DNA from: Stegostoma tigrinum
Taxonomy: Eukaryota
Direction: 5' to 3'
Assembly: GCF_030684315.1 (NCBI RefSeq)
Contig: NC_081355.1
Span: forward strand, 16,234,761 to 16,298,760
Length of the DNA stretch: 64,000 bases
Shown: positions 23,347 through 37,539 of the stretch, piece by piece
Position numbering within the stretch: the stretch's first letter is position 1
Layout of the letters: every line of letters begins with the position of its first letter
Program-made: the position numbers and the translations under genes
The notes under the pieces: generated by a model
Told to the model about the DNA's origin: nothing
Seen by the model: only the letters and a program-made list of their open reading frames with translations
The model's database searches: none

Positions 23347-23604
23347 CTCCTATTCCTGATAAGAGATAATGGGAACTGCAGATGCTGGAGAATCCAAGAT
23401 AACAAAGTGTGGGGCCGGAGGAACACAGCAGGCCCAGCAGCATCTCAGGAGCACAAAAGCTGACATTTCGGGCCTGTACCCTTCATCAGAAAGACATCTG
23501 ATGAAGGGTCTAGGCCCAAAACATCAGCTTTTGTGCTCCTAAGATACTGCTTGGCCTGCTGTGTTCCTTCAGCCCCACACTTTGTTTTCTCCTATTCCTG
23601 ATAA
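23347..23604. mobile_element. Fold-back PLE-terminus insertion (family A) with 16-bp TSD
   Basis: Arms meet at cttcatcaga-aagaca-tctgatgaag. Perfect TSD ctcctattcctgataa at 23347-23362 and 23589-23604. Confidence 0.9.
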
Positions 23605-23614
23605 ACGTGTGCAT

Positions 23615-23990
23615 AAACAGAAGTTGTTGGAAAAGCTCATCAGGTCCGGCAGCATCTGTGAAGTACAAATCACAGTTAACGTTTTGGGTCCGGTGACGCT
23701 TCCTCAGACCTGGTGGTAGCTGAGAAAACATCAGTTTATATGCAGAAAAAAGGGGAGGGGGATGAGGTAGGGAATAAACAACAGGATAGAGCCTAAAGAG
23801 GGAGAACAGTTAGACAAAGAAGTCGATAGCGATGGCTGGGAGGGTAAATAGTTGTTAATGGGGACAATTAGTGACTAATCACAGGTAGTGTGTAATGGCA
23901 GGCTATGTGGTAACGAGGCCTGGTGCGCTGGGTAGGGGGCTGGGACATGGGAGAGTTTAGGCCTTAAAATTGTTGAACTCGATATTGAGA
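23615..23990 (-). mobile_element. Penelope-like element 3' fragment (family B)
   Basis: Family B terminus followed by a purine-rich spacer and the GIY-YIG C-terminal signature (ttgttgaactcgatattgag). Confidence 0.7.
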
Positions 23991-25619
23991 TCAGAGACTT
24001 GCCTAAGGATCTGGGTAGTAATGCAGCTGATAGTGGTTGGTTGAATGTGGAACAAATCAGTGTTTAAGAAAGAAAAAAAAAACTGGCATTCATATAGCAC
24101 TTTCATGGTCTGAGAGCATCTTAAAGTACTTTACAAACAAAGAAACAGTGTAATAATGGTGGTAATTTGGCAAGTACAGTTGTCTTGCATAAATTGGTGT
24201 ATAAATAAAGCAAGTTGTCAATTAGATCCTAAACACATCAGAGATAAGCTGTAAAACTGAACGAAAAACTGAACTTTTGAAATATGTACACGTATGAGAT
24301 GACCAGTAATTCTTCTGTTTAAAAGTAACATTCGAATAAACTGAAATAATTCAAAATAGCAGCAACTAAAGCTCATGGTGTCAAACTGCAGACCATGGAA
24401 TAAATACTGAAGGAATAGAGTCCAAAGCACAAACAATTTGTATGCAATAAACAGAGTTCATTTCAACAAATAAACCTAACAAAGCTTCAGACAACTGAAA
24501 GGCTGACACTTCCATGCTGATGAACTATAGATAGTTTTGTATATACAATTTTGCTCTTGAATAGACAAGGAATATTTATCCCTTAACCAATATCTAAGAG
24601 CCAAGGGTCAGGTCTATCATCTTGTTGCTGCAGTGGAATGTTGCAATAAGAAAATCGGGGGCTGAATTTTGCACACTTCAGAAAAGGTGCTTAATTGACC
24701 GTAAAATGTTTTGTAATATTCTGAGGCTGTTTTCAATACAGATACAATTCCTATTTTTGTTCAAAATATTCTTCAGTTCCAGATGTTAAAGTGAAGCCAT
24801 ATCTGCCTATTCAGCTAAATCTTAAAGATCCCACAGTTTTATAACAACAGGAGCAGGGGATTACACTCAATTTCCACCCAGTGACCTGACCAACATGTGT
24901 TCTTTAAGTAACAACATTTGAAATTATTTAAATGCCTAATTAATTCATTGCTCTTTGCAGCATCTTTAAAAATATGTACTGGCTGCACTCATAACCTATA
25001 ATTTCATTCCTGTGGCATTTAATGGAAGCAAAGCACTACCCGATGAGTAAAACACTTTATACAATTGGATATCTTTTCAATAAGTCATTCCAAAGGAGAC
25101 ATTAACTTGAATTACGAAGAAATTAGCATCCAATCTGTTCTCCCATTTGAAAAATTGGCAGTGCACCCAGTAACTATAGGGTTATTCAAATAACTTCGAA
25201 AGTGGATAATTTAAAGATCTGTCTGTGAATCCATGCTTACTACCATAAACAAGGGCAGCTAGTTGTAACTATCAGAAGTATTTTAAAAATGCACTACCCT
25301 TTTGAGGACTTATTTGGTTGTACTGTATTTTCCTTTCACTGTTCAAAGCACTGCTAGAAGTTGATTATCTCAGAACCTTTAGAAATGTAGCAAGCAGAGG
25401 ATACTATTATTCAATACCTGTAGATCTGAATCTGGATTGAGACATTTTAAAACAGTGCTTTAAAAATATTGATACAAAGCAGTACTTTGTCACATACAAT
25501 AGATGGAACCATTTCTTGAGATAGAAGGCATTAGATCTTTTTTACATGATGAAAAAGCATCACTGTTTTGCCTAACAAAGAGTGATAACTCTGTCTGGAG
25601 TGAATTCAAAAGATAACGC

Positions 25620-26900
25620 AAAACTCTACTCGTGCAGCATTAAAAAGTCCAGACAGGGATAACTATGACAAAACCGGCAGGGCTAACATTGATGGTGAGC
25701 AAAATTCTGAAGGTCATAATCAAGGCCAAATTAATTCTCTTGTAAATCTGTCAAAATAATAAATTAAAGCTAATTGTAAATTGTGGTTAGTTAACTAAGA
25801 GTTCTTAAGTTAAATAAGGCTTTATGTTTTGTACATGGACTTTTCCAATAGTGTTCAACAAAAATGCAACAGAATGGATTGTTAGAAAAACTGAATCACC
25901 AGAGATTAATGGGGAAGTGGCAAGGTAGGTACACAGCATACCATGATGATGGTGGCACAGTGGTTAACAGCGCTGCCTCACAGCATCAGCGACTCTGGTT
26001 TGATTCCAGCCTCAAGTTCGATTCAAGCTTCAGGCGACTGTCTGTGGAGTTTGCACAATCTCCCTGTATCTGTGTGGGCTTCCTCTCTCAGTCCAAATAT
26101 ATGCAGGTTAGATGGATAGGCCATGGGACAGGGGTAGGGCAGTAGGTGTGGGTGGGATGTTCTTCTGAGGTTTGGTGTGGACTTGATGGGCTGAATGGCC
26201 TGTTCCCACACTACAGAGATTCGATGATGAATGGTCATTTTTCAGACTGGAGAGAAGTATACAGTGATATCTTCCAGGTTATTATATTTAGAGCACTATG
26301 TACTGAATGACCTGGACACGGGTGGATGGGACATACAGTCAATGTCTTGAACACGATACAAAAAAAAAGACACTGTGATGAGGGTTGTGACCCTTATTTA
26401 TTGGGGGGGGGCCTGATTGCTGAAACAGGCTGATGCATGGCAAATTGAATGCAGAGGAATATGAAGCGAGAATTTTACACATAAGAACAGAGATAAGAGG
26501 CAACATAAACACTACGGTATAATTAAACGTGGGTGCAGCTCACATACCTTTGAATTTAATAGAACAAGTGGATAATGTTGAAAAATTTCATTTGGGATTT
26601 TTGCTTTTGTAAATTGTGACAAAATACAAAAGGGAAAAAAAACATCATGCTGAACACCCACGGATTAGGCCTAAGGTGCAGTAGCTCGCCCTATTCCTTG
26701 ACGCCACAGAGTAGGAGAAAAGCCAAGGGCCAGGAATGCAAATTATTAAGCTTAAAGGGAATAAGGGTTTCAGTTACATGAGGAGCATACAGAGCTTTTT
26801 GTGATGCATTTAACTGTGATGTCAAAAATTATACAGTAAATAAGAGGAAAATGACAGAACTGTCAGTGACCAGAGGGGAAAGCTTTAGAAATGGTAACTA
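25620..26900 (+). mobile_element. Highly decayed CR1 LINE hosting a SINE insertion
   Basis: Degenerate RT-region similarity (gtacatggacttttcc, ttttcagactggagagaagtatacagtg, gatgcatggcaaatt). Confidence 0.55.
25951..26227 (+). mobile_element. tRNA-derived SINE (HE1-like)
   Basis: ggtggcacagtggttaacagcgctgcctcacagc... and CR1-like tail cccacactacagagattc. Confidence 0.82.
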
Positions 26901-26934
26901 AATAACTGGAGATAAGGAAATTATTTTTATTATT

Positions 26935-27261
26935 GAATCAGAATGCCTACAGTATAGAAAGTGGCCATTCAGCCCATTGAGTCTGCAACGATCCTCCGAA
27001 GAGCATCCCACCCAACATCCCCGTAACCCTGCATTTTCCATGGCTAAGCCACCTGGCCTTAACATCCCTGGACACGACGGACAGGGTACCTTGGCCAACC
27101 CACCCTAACCTGCGCATCTTTGGACTGTGGGAGGAAGCTGGAGCACTGGGTGGGAATTGGAGCATCTGGAGGGAACCGACACAGGCAAGGAGTCAGCCAG
27201 GGCTGGAATCGAATCCCAGTCCTTGGCCCTGTGAGGCAGCAGTGCGAACCACTGTGCCACC
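26935..27261 (-). mobile_element. tRNA-derived SINE (HE1-like)
   Basis: Reverse complement of the same family (...tgtgaggcagcagtgcgaaccactgtgccacc). Confidence 0.85.
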
Positions 27262-28704
27262 ATTTTTTTTTTTGAATGAACTGTACTGAACAGCGGAAAG
27301 CAGGTTCAATGATGAGTGGAAGTATCTAGAAGTTCACAGACTTATAGTGACATGTGGAAGCAGCAGGGGCAGTGAGCTGATTTGGATAGTTTATGCTATT
27401 GTCTGGCTTATGCATGACAAACTGAATTCTATCATTCTATGACATTGGGGTATATTAGAGGATTTCACTTGAGTCAAGGATACAAGGGAAGCAAGTGGAG
27501 CAAGTGCAGATCTTACTTGTAGACTCAATGATTTGGGTTAGATCCTGAGCCATGAACTCTGACTAAATGAGGGAATATTGCACTGCACCTCTTGGTAAGA
27601 GGGCACAGAACGTGGCTCTTCCTCTGCAGGGCGCAGATGTTTAGGTAAAAGTCTTGCAGAGTGGAATGCAAATATAGAATGTCATTCATCTCGTCAGTAA
27701 TCTAACAATGAAGAAAAACATGTCAGCTCAGCTTACATCAGTAAAAAATGAAGGACAGGGCTTGACGAAAAGTGTTGTCCTTAGTAGATTATTGATTCAC
27801 ATTCAGGGTTAATAGTAACATTCTCAAAACAAGTCAGTGATGGCAGTCTTTGACTACCTGGAGGGGATTTACATTCCAGTCAAGTTAAGAATCACATTTC
27901 TGGGTAAGGTAGAGGCAGGCAGATCTCTGCAGGCTGGTGGTTCACACAACTGATTACACCCATTTTAGATAGATGGTGCCAGATAATGCTGGAACAGGCA
28001 TCAGTGGGAGGGAGGCTTATGCACTAGTTACCTGTTTATAGTATTTTTGATGCACAATATGTTGAGATCTGACCATCACAGATCTTTCTAATTGGGGAAC
28101 AGACATCCCTTGTAACCTTAAATAATGGCTAACCATGTAATATAGCTCAGAGAATGCAGTTCCTTATAAATGGGCATTGTTTTAGTATATCGTCAAATGA
28201 TCTGGAATGATACTTCTGTGGCTGAGTTACTCCCAGAAGTCACTTTAACGTCTGTAGGTAGCAGAATAGCTCAGTTAGCCTGGCCCTTTAGCAATAATTC
28301 ACCACTTAAGTGAACATCTGTTTTCATAGTTTGATATATATTGAAAGATAGGTCATGCAAAGTTTCTTCGTTGCTTTTGATTGTATCTGTCTATCTCTTT
28401 CCTTCTGTGAATATCATAAAAAGCAGACTATAAATAAGTGACATTACATCATTTCCTGGTGATAACTATTAATTTGTGTAACAGGGAGCAGATTAATCAT
28501 GTGATTTAGAGCTTGAATCTTCAACTAATAATCACTAAATACAATGAATGAGGGGAATCACAGTGTGAGCGGCACATGAACCAATAGTGTTGTGCCTAAT
28601 CTGAAAAATCAATGATTAATTTTGATATTGGACAAAAGACTTCAAAGTGGTGGGATGGCTAGGGAGAGAAATCATGGACTCTGCTACTTTGCCTTATCTA
28701 TACA

Positions 28705-29038
28705 ACTCCTCAAGTGTGGAAGCAGGCCTTTTGGCCCAACAAGTTTACACCAACCCTCCAAAGAACATGACACACAAACCCATACTCATACTCTGTATTT
28801 CCCATGGCTGACACATCTAACCTAGACATCCCTGGCCCCTATGGGGTGATTTTAACACGGCCAATCCAGCTAACTTGCACATCTTTGGACTGTGGGAGGA
28901 AACCGGAGCATCAGGACGAAACTCACGCAGACACTGGGAGAACACGCAAACTCCGCAAAGACAGTCACCCAAGGATGGAATCGAACCCAGGTCCCTGGTG
29001 CTGAGAGGCAGCAGTGCTAACCGCTGAGCCACTGTGCT
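28705..29038 (-). mobile_element. tRNA-derived SINE (HE1-like)
   Basis: ggaatcgaacccaggtccctggtgctgagaggcagcagtgctaaccgctgagccac. Confidence 0.85.
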
Positions 29039-29620
29039 GTTTGTTCCTTCATTTTACCATCACCTCCACTCACCACCACAGCTTTGTCAAACAACTACAC
29101 ACAACTTGGTCATTCCCAACACACAACTAGTTCCATTTCTTTGAATCCAGCCCTAATGCAAAAGCTGGACAGTAACATTCAAAAGGTTTTTAAAACAAAA
29201 AATATTGAGTGATAAATATTTTCTTAATTTAAACTGAAACTAACTAAACTTATAAAAGCTTAGGGCAGTCAAATGGTGGAAATCCTAAACATAGACAAAA
29301 AGCAGCATCTATGGAGAGAGAAAAAAAGTCACTGCTTCAGGTCCACAATTGGCACTAGTTCTGACAGAAAGATATTGGACTCTGCATGAATGCTGTCAGA
29401 GCTGTTCTACATTTCCAAATTTCCTGTTTCCAGTCAAGTCAAAATAACTCCTTTCGTCAGTCTTCAAATAAAAACAAACACACTTCTTTTAAGCTTCTCA
29501 TTCCCCTTCGGCCAGAAAGATTCCCGAGATCTGGTTTAACATCACATGGAAAATAAATTTTCAACAAAATCTTAAGATATGAAGAAAACAAAACCTACTG
29601 AGCAAAACAAATGTCAAAAA

Positions 29621-29846
29621 TCAATAACTGAATACAAAAACAAAGTTGCTGGAAAAGCTCAAAACAGAGTTGACGTTTTGAGTCCAGTGACCATCCCTCC
29701 GAAGGACCCAAGGACACCAGGCCCGAAACGTTAACTGTTTTCTTCTTCACAGATACGGCCAGACCTACTGAACTTTTCTAGCAGCTTTGTTTTTGTTCCT
29801 GATTTACAGCACCTGCAGTTCTTTGTTTTTATTCAATAATTGAATA
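29621..29846. mobile_element. Fold-back PLE-terminus insertion (family B) with 14-bp TSD
   Basis: Inverted arms. TSD tcaataactgaata / tcaataattgaata (one mismatch). Confidence 0.78.
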
Positions 29847-30289
29847 ATTTGATAGATTGAGCAACTATTAAAAATATCCATTAACAAGTGCCAAACTGCA
29901 GAGTTCACGAATAAAGTACTTTTGTTCAAGAAATCAGGGTAAAGAGAAAAAGCCCAAACACAAATCCTGGTCACTAGGAAAGTAAAGAGGTGAGCCAGGC
30001 AAGGAAATCAGGTTTAAATTGTATTCACCTCCAACGACATCAACTTCAAATTAGCCTTTGTGGAACTCATATGAACGTGGGTGTCAGAAGGAAGTTGCCT
30101 TCAATCTGGGGATTTCTCCTCACCTGGTCCAGTCTATAGGCGGATTTTGATGAGGCTAGCGTTGCGGGGAGCAGGGAAGGCTGTATGTCTGTGTGTCTGT
30201 GTGTCTGTGTGTGGGTACATGACCTACTCACTTAGAACTGCCTTGCACACCCACACAATCACCCATCCGCTTCCTCTCACCGCAGTATC

Positions 30290-30890
30290 AAGTGGGAAGA
30301 TTGGTGAGGGAAGTGGGGTCTGGATTTGGGGGCAGTAGGAGGTCGGGGTGGGATCAGGATGGAGTCATCATCAACTTCCACCTGGAAAGAAGTTCAGCGA
30401 GACTCAGTATAAGCTGGAACAACAGTACCTCATTTCTGCTTGGGGCCCCGGCAGGCTTCAGGGCTCAATATAGAGTTCAATAATTTTCTTCCTCCTTCTC
30501 CCATGTCCTTTACCCATCCTGACACCCCAGACCCTGTTATCATTCGGACCGCTTTCAGACCAGACCACCCGTCTCTACCTGCATAAAAGTCCCCATTCGC
30601 AGCTTGTCTTTCTCCTCGCTTTACCATTATCCATCCCTTTGTCTGCCTGTCTTTCTCTCCTCTGGGCTCTGTTTCTACCTCCCACCTACTCCTTTACCTC
30701 TCTACACCACCTAATCCCATCATCAGCATTCATACCACCTTCTCGTAGCTATAATCGGTTCTGAAGAAGGGTCACCGGACCCAAAATGTGAACTCAGCTC
30801 TCTCTGCTCAGGTGCTGCTGGACCTGCTGAGTTTCTGCAGCAATTTGTTTATTCTTTGACATTTACAGTATCCATGGATCTTTGCTCTGT
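30290..30890 (+). mobile_element. Decayed Penelope-like 3' fragment (GIY-YIG C-terminus and terminus)
   Basis: aagctggaacaacagtacctcattt..., decayed hammerhead ctgaagaagggtcaccggacccaaaa at 30761, family B-like end. Confidence 0.6.
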
Positions 30891-31176
30891 AATCAACTTT
30901 ATGGATGTTAGCGTCACCATTCCATAGTGAGTAGTTAACAGAATTGAGCCTAAAAATTGCTGCACAGTGACTTAATCCTTTCCAATGTTTGACTGGCAGA
31001 CAGTGTGAGAAAAGAAATTCACCCCTCTGCTGTGCGAGCAGAACTCCTAAAACCTAATAGAGTCTTAGAGTTTTACAGCACAGAATAGGACTCTTTGGGT
31101 CACCGGGTGTGCACTGGCCATCAAGTACCTATCTACTCTAGTCTCATTTTCCATCATTTGGCCCATAACCCAATGA

Positions 31177-33240
31177 ATCATACAGCCATAGAGCTATACA
31201 ACACGGAAACAGACTCTTCGATCCAACTCATCCATGCTGACTAGATATCTTAAAATAATCTAGTCCTGTTTGCCAGCCTTTTGCCAATATCCCTCTAAAC
31301 CCTTCCTATTCATGTATCCATCCAGATGCTTTTTCAATGTTGTAATTGTACCATCACCCATCACTTGCTCTGTGTGAAAAAGTGGTCTCTTAGGTCCCTT
31401 TTAAATCTTTCCCCTCTCACCTTAAACGTATGCCCTCTAGTTTTTGACATTACTACCCCGGGGAAAACACCTTAGCTATCCACCCTATTCATGTCCTCAT
31501 GACTTTATAAACTTCTATAAGCCTCAGCCTCCAACGGTCCAGGGAAAATAGCCCCAGCCTATTTAGCCTCTTCCCTGTAGCTCGAGCCCTCCAAACACGG
31601 CAATGTCCTTGTAAATCTTTTCTGAATGCTTTCAAGTTTCACAACATCCTTCCTACAGCAGGGAGACCAAAACTGAAAGCTGTATTCCAAAAGTAGCCTA
31701 AACAATGTCCTGTACAGCCTCAACATGACCTCCCAACTCCTACGCTCAATGCATTGACCAATAAACACAAGCATACTAATGCCTTCTTCACTTTCCTGTC
31801 TACTTGTGGCTTTACTTTCAGGACACTACGAACCTGCACTCCAAGCCTCTCTGTACAGAGACGTCCCCAGAACCCTACAATTAACTGTATAATCCTTCCA
31901 TGATTCGCCTTTCCAACATGCAGCACCTCACATTTCTCTGAACAAATCTCCATCTGCCACCCTTCGGCCCAAGAGCCCACCTGTTCAAAATCCCACTGTA
32001 CTCTGAGGTAACCTTTTTCGCTGTCAACTACACCTTCAATTCTGGCGTCATTGGCAAACTTACGAATCATACACGCTGATTTCACATCCGAATCATTTAC
32101 ACAAATGATAAAAAGCAGTGGACCCAGCACCAATCCTTGTGGCACACCGCTGGTCACAGGCCCCCCAGTCTGAAAATCAACCCTCCACCACCACCACCAC
32201 CCTCTCTCTCCTTTCTTCGAGCCAGTTCTGTATCCAAATCGCTAATTCTCCCTGTATTCCATATGATCTGCTAACCAGTCTACCATGTGGAACCTTGTAG
32301 AATGCCTTACTGAAGTCATGCAGATTTTTACCACTGCTCTGCCTTCAATCATCTTTGTTACTTCTTCAAAAAACTCAGCTAAGTTAGTGAGACTCGATTT
32401 TCCAGGACAAAGCTATGTGAACAATCCCTAATCAATCCTTGCCTTTCCAAATACGTGCAAATCCTGTCTCTCATGGTCCCCTCCAACAACTTGACCACCA
32501 CCAATGCCAGGTTCACTGGTCCATTGTTGTCTGGCTTTTCCTGGCCACCTTTCTTAAATAGTGGCACCATGTCAACCAACCTCCCGTCTTCTAGCACCTC
32601 ACCTGTGACTATTGATAACGGAAATATCTCAGCAGGGGGCCCAGCAATCACTTCTATAGCTTTCCACAAAGTTTCAGGGTACACCTGATCAGGTCTCAGG
32701 ATTCATCCACCTTTATGCGCTTTAAGATCGCCAACACTTGCTCCTCTGTAATATGGACATTTCTCAAGATGTCACTATTTATTTTCCCAAATTCTCTCGC
32801 TTCTGAATCCTTCTCCACAGTAAACGCAGACGCAATGTTCACATTTAGTATCTCCTGTGCTTTCACACATCGGCAGCCTTGCTAATTTTTAAGGGATGCC
32901 ATCCTCTCCCTAGTTACTCTTTTGCCTTTGATGTACTTGTAGAATCTCTTTGGATTCTCGTTAACCCTACTTGCCAAAGCTACTTCATGTCCCCTTTTTA
33001 CCCTCCTGATTTCAATCTTAAGTAAAGTCCAACTGTCTTTATACTCTTCTAGGGATTCACTCGATCCCTGCTGTCTATATCTGACATATGCTTCCTACTT
33101 CTTGACCAAAACTTCAACTTCTCTAGCCAGCCAGCATTCCCTACACTTGCCGACTTCACCCTTCACCCTAACAGGAGCATACTGTCTTTGGACTCTCGCT
33201 AGCTCATTGTTGAAGGCTTCCCACTTTCCAGCTGTCCCTT
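31177..33240 (-). mobile_element. CR1-type LINE, 5'-truncated and decayed; apparently nested in an older CR1 (31060-31175 and 33240-33640)
   Basis: ORFs 31559-32684 carry VPLFKKG, TSGVPQGLVLGPLLF, KFANDA, WQME and LLEYSFQFWSP. Confidence 0.9.
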
Positions 33241-35012
33241 GAAAAAGGCAAGTATCCCAAAAGCCGTCTTCATCACATTATCTACCTATCCTGCTGCCTT
33301 CAGGACCCGGTGGACATGCACACAAAGATCCCTCTGATTCTCTGTGTTTCCCAGGTCCTACAATTCATTGCATACTCCTTGTTTTCTAGTCCTCCGAAAA
33401 TGCATCACCTCTCACTTTTCAGGATTAAGTCATATTTGCCATTGTTGTGACCATCTGACCAGTACCGTCTGTAATCTAAGGCACTTATCTTCACCGTTTA
33501 CCATGGCACCAATTTTCATGTCATGTACAAACATAGTGATTAAACATCTGACATTTGTGCCTCGAACATTATAGCTCATACAAACAACAAAGAACCAGCA
33601 TCTATGCATGACACAGGATTCCAATCACAAAAACATATGCACCTTATAAGTTCAATGCAAAGTTCAGAGGACCTTTCTTCCATCATTCCTGAAAGATTAA
33701 ACTCTGTTTTTCAAAGTCTGGAAATCCTCCATGTAGGACTACCAGACATTTTATGACAATTAACACAGAGTAACATTTTTAGATGCTGCCAATGGAAATT
33801 CATGGTTTATAGAATAGTTTGTTCCATTCAATGCATCTTCTGGAAGAGATACTCCTGGGAAATAACGAACTAAAATGAGACAGTATAATTTTAACCCAAT
33901 GGGGATTATTGGGACTGGACAAAATAGGATCACTTTCTTGCTGTTCTTGAGCTGTAACCGTGTCAAGTGAAGGCAAACACAGATTCCAGTAGCAGTAATA
34001 TGAAAAAAAGGTAAGAACGGTTTCAAGGGAGTGTGGGACAGGAGGTTAGAAGCAAATTTATGCAAAGCAGAGGTCTCTCGAGCAATAAAGTTTTACCCGC
34101 CTCCTACCTAAGCATTACAGAGATGCTGTAAGAGCTCTGTGAAACAGGGATGCATTTATCGCATTTTTGACTGGTCTTTTCGCTCTAGAGCAAACTTAAA
34201 GGGAGGAATAGCATTAGAGAAAGAAAAAGGGTGGAACCTGAGGTTAGAAGAGGTTATCGTTACTAGATTGCAAGGTGTAGGAAGATAATCAACCAATTTT
34301 ACTGATTTGATATTTTGTTAACTGCTTCTGAAGATTCCAGAATGTTCAACCAACTGCATAGCAACTCACCCACAATTTTCATGCGAACGAAATGAATTTC
34401 ATGTTTCATGACTCTCAAAACTCAACTGTAAAACATACTGTGGTGCTTTTGCTTTTAGTTAAGGGAGAAGGTTAACTTTTTCAAGGCAGATTCATTTTAG
34501 TATGACCAACCATATGGCCATCGAAATAGAGGGAATTCTAGAGTTTGTGACAATTTCATACAAATATAACAACGACTAGAGAACTTTGTCCCTAAATAGG
34601 AATAAAAAACATCAAAATCTCACTGATAATAAAGGCCTTTATAGTTTTACTTTCAGTTCTTTAAGATCCCTGATGCATTCCTGGAATTTCTCATCCTCCA
34701 GAAAGAATTGAAACCAGTTTCAGGATATTTTGCGCATGCTTTCAATTGGGATTGACCTGCACCTGACTGCTTACAGCGATTGTGAATGACAGGGAGAGGG
34801 CTCCAGCAATTTCCTTTCCAGAAAAAGGAAATTCCCACCATTGTACTGCTCTCAGAGCCACATCTCATGTCCAAAAAAATTCCACTATTGCCTTGTTCCA
34901 AGGTATTCTGGCACGCCAAATTATCTAATCATTGGACAGCAGTAAATGCGCACCACCTCCCAACCTCTATCTTTCCCAGTGAATACCGGCAACAAAAAAA
35001 AATTCTACTTAC

Positions 35013-35205
35013 ATCTGTAATCATTTTGCCTCTGGTCTTGTTTCTTTCTCTGTGATTGGCGCGTTTCTGTTTTTGCTGTAATACTCGCTCCCTCGTGGTA
35101 CGGTACTCGAGAGCAAACTCACTGATGATCTTACAGAACTTGTGAATATTCACGTCCCTCACTGCATGTGGAGGATGTCCCATGAAGAGTAGAAAAGCAT
35201 GGAAT
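35013..35205 (-). CDS. FHOD3: FHOD3 coding exon (end of FH2; [12 protein letters not shown]...[13 protein letters not shown]...GKMITD)
   Basis: FHOD-specific EFALEYRT and [10 protein letters not shown] motifs. Acceptor tgtag, donor GTAAGT, 193 nt, phase 2/0, compatible with the previous exon. Confidence 0.95.
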
Positions 35206-37539
35206 CTACAAATGAAGTTGGGGAGAAGGAACGTAGTGTTTAGAACCATCTGTTCAGCCGTTGCACATATGAATATCTGATCACTGGACGAAATCTTGTA
35301 TGCGTCACAGTTAACTGCACAAAATCTTTTACAAGACAAACAGTGATAGAATTACAAACACTTAATAATGGGATGTTATAATGGCAGCATTCCTAACAGA
35401 AGCATTTCCACAGACTCGGTTGTTTCCCATTGTATGTGGAATTGTAGTGATGAGTTATTTTTGAGAACGATGAATTGTAAAATTGGATAATTTCACTTAT
35501 CCTAGAATTCCACTCAACAGATTTCTTACGCACTTATCTGGGGGTTGGGGGGTGGGGGGGTGGGGTTTGATCATGTTTCAGACGTACTGCAGTAAACTTA
35601 TCGAACTGAAAGACCAACAGATTTTAATTTTGGTTCTCCCATTCGACAATTCAGCTTTGGTGTCTGGGTCCACAAGCACGGTTTACCATCTAATCATAGA
35701 TGCATGATTGTTCAAAGGATCAATAAGACAGTAGTATCACTGCTGTGAAATGAGCAACAGATGGAAAAACTACGGGCCCAAAATGCTTCAACAGAATTCA
35801 CTTTAACTCGTGAGTGAAATAATAAACAAGTGGAAACTCCAAACACATCTTCACATCGAACAAAACGGCGGGGTGGATTTGGGGAAAATTAAAATTCCAA
35901 CGGCACCTACGGTGAGTGTGTGGGTCCAAGTAAGCACAGTGCCCTTAAGGCACACTCCAGGAGATTCTACAACTTCTGCCTCCTGCTGGATTAGTAGAAA
36001 AAGAATTATTGGGTGATTCCGCCATTCCAGCTGGCACTGGGGAAACCACAAATTGGCACACGAGAAAATTTTAGACATTAAAAATGATCACATCAGCCTC
36101 AAAAGGCACGGCACGGGTAAACGCAACCACCGAAAAGCGAGGTCTAGTTTTCCAGTGTGCAAAGTAGCATGGTTTTTCCAAAAAGAAGGACTCTCATTCG
36201 CTCTTCACTCTCCCTCTTCCCACACCTCATCAGAAGCAACTGAGATCCAGGATTTGTCAGCCAACCAAAAATCAAAATGGCGGTGGGTATGACGGGAGTG
36301 GTTGGGAGCGCAGAGGAGCCTGAAGCAGCAACATGACTGACTGTTCTTGGGAGAAACACTCCTGGCCTGACAAAACAGTAGGGCCTGAAAGAGTGGTAAC
36401 AGTGTGGTGGTATGTCTGCCAACCACAATCCTAATGTCAATTCTGACCAATTAAAATTGATATCAGTGCCTTTCAAAATGCCACCTGGCAAAAGGAGTGA
36501 AAAGGTCCTGGATTTTTCCCATGCCCTTCCAGCAGAAAAACAGTGAGAAAAACCCTGGATTGCCAGTGACTGGTTTGTGCCTCTCCTCACTTCTGCCCAT
36601 CACAAAACCACGGGTCGCATTTATCTAGCACTTGTAAGCTGGTCCAACGTTCTAAAACACTTCACTGGAAAATTAATCAAAAATTCAACACAGAATACTT
36701 TGAGATGTTAGGATACAAACTAAAAGCTTTTAAGGATTATTACAAAAGGAAGGAAGAGAGGTAGACAGGCTTGTGTGGGAAGTTGTAGAGCTTAGGGCCT
36801 CAGAAGATGACGGCACTCTCAACAATAGAAGATTGACTATTAATCAGGAATGTTCAAGAGGCAACAAAGGCATGGATGAAAGTTTCTGTAGCAGATAAAC
36901 TAACACAATATCGGGCAACTGAGCAAATCCTGTGTACTCTCCATCATCCACCACCATGCAACTTCCGCTTTGGTTTAAACATACTGCATAGACTATGCAG
37001 AAGTCCACACAGGGACAATAAAAATAAGAGGAAGTTTTGGTCAGAGGTGGGTCAATATTACATAGATAGAATTTAGCCATTTTAAAAATGGACTGGATTT
37101 GTGGTTGTAAGGTCATCTCAGAGTTAAAAAAAATTCCAAGGTTCTAGAAGAGAATGGTACAGTGACCAGGTCAGTGACAGAGACTGTGGCCAGAGAATGG
37201 GTTGTGGGACGGGGACTGGAGAAAATTTCTCCAGGAAGGCTGCAGGAAATTTCTGCTCCAACCTGTACCGAAAGCAAGACAAACGTCACAAATCAGAGTT
37301 GGTGAAGGAGCAGTAAGGTAGAGCTGGGGGTTTCAGAAGGTGTAAGGAACCTGATGTGTTTCCAGGTGAAGTCTCTATGAGCCAGTTTGTGGCCAAGGAA
37401 GTCTAGCCATTAGTGTGAACCAGATCCCTTTGCCATTAGAATAGTACCAGAAATTCAGTGGTCTGTTTCCACTTTGGAGCTGGGTTGACAGCTGTGCACC
37501 TAATAGGGAAGTTAACGCTTTACTCCATTTATAGGCTGG

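Noticed and set aside
35760-36590. Cluster of short ORFs (also 707-1187, 9395-10020, 38859-39945)
   Set aside because: No recognisable domains or consistent splice structure. They are probably decayed repeats or chance ORFs.
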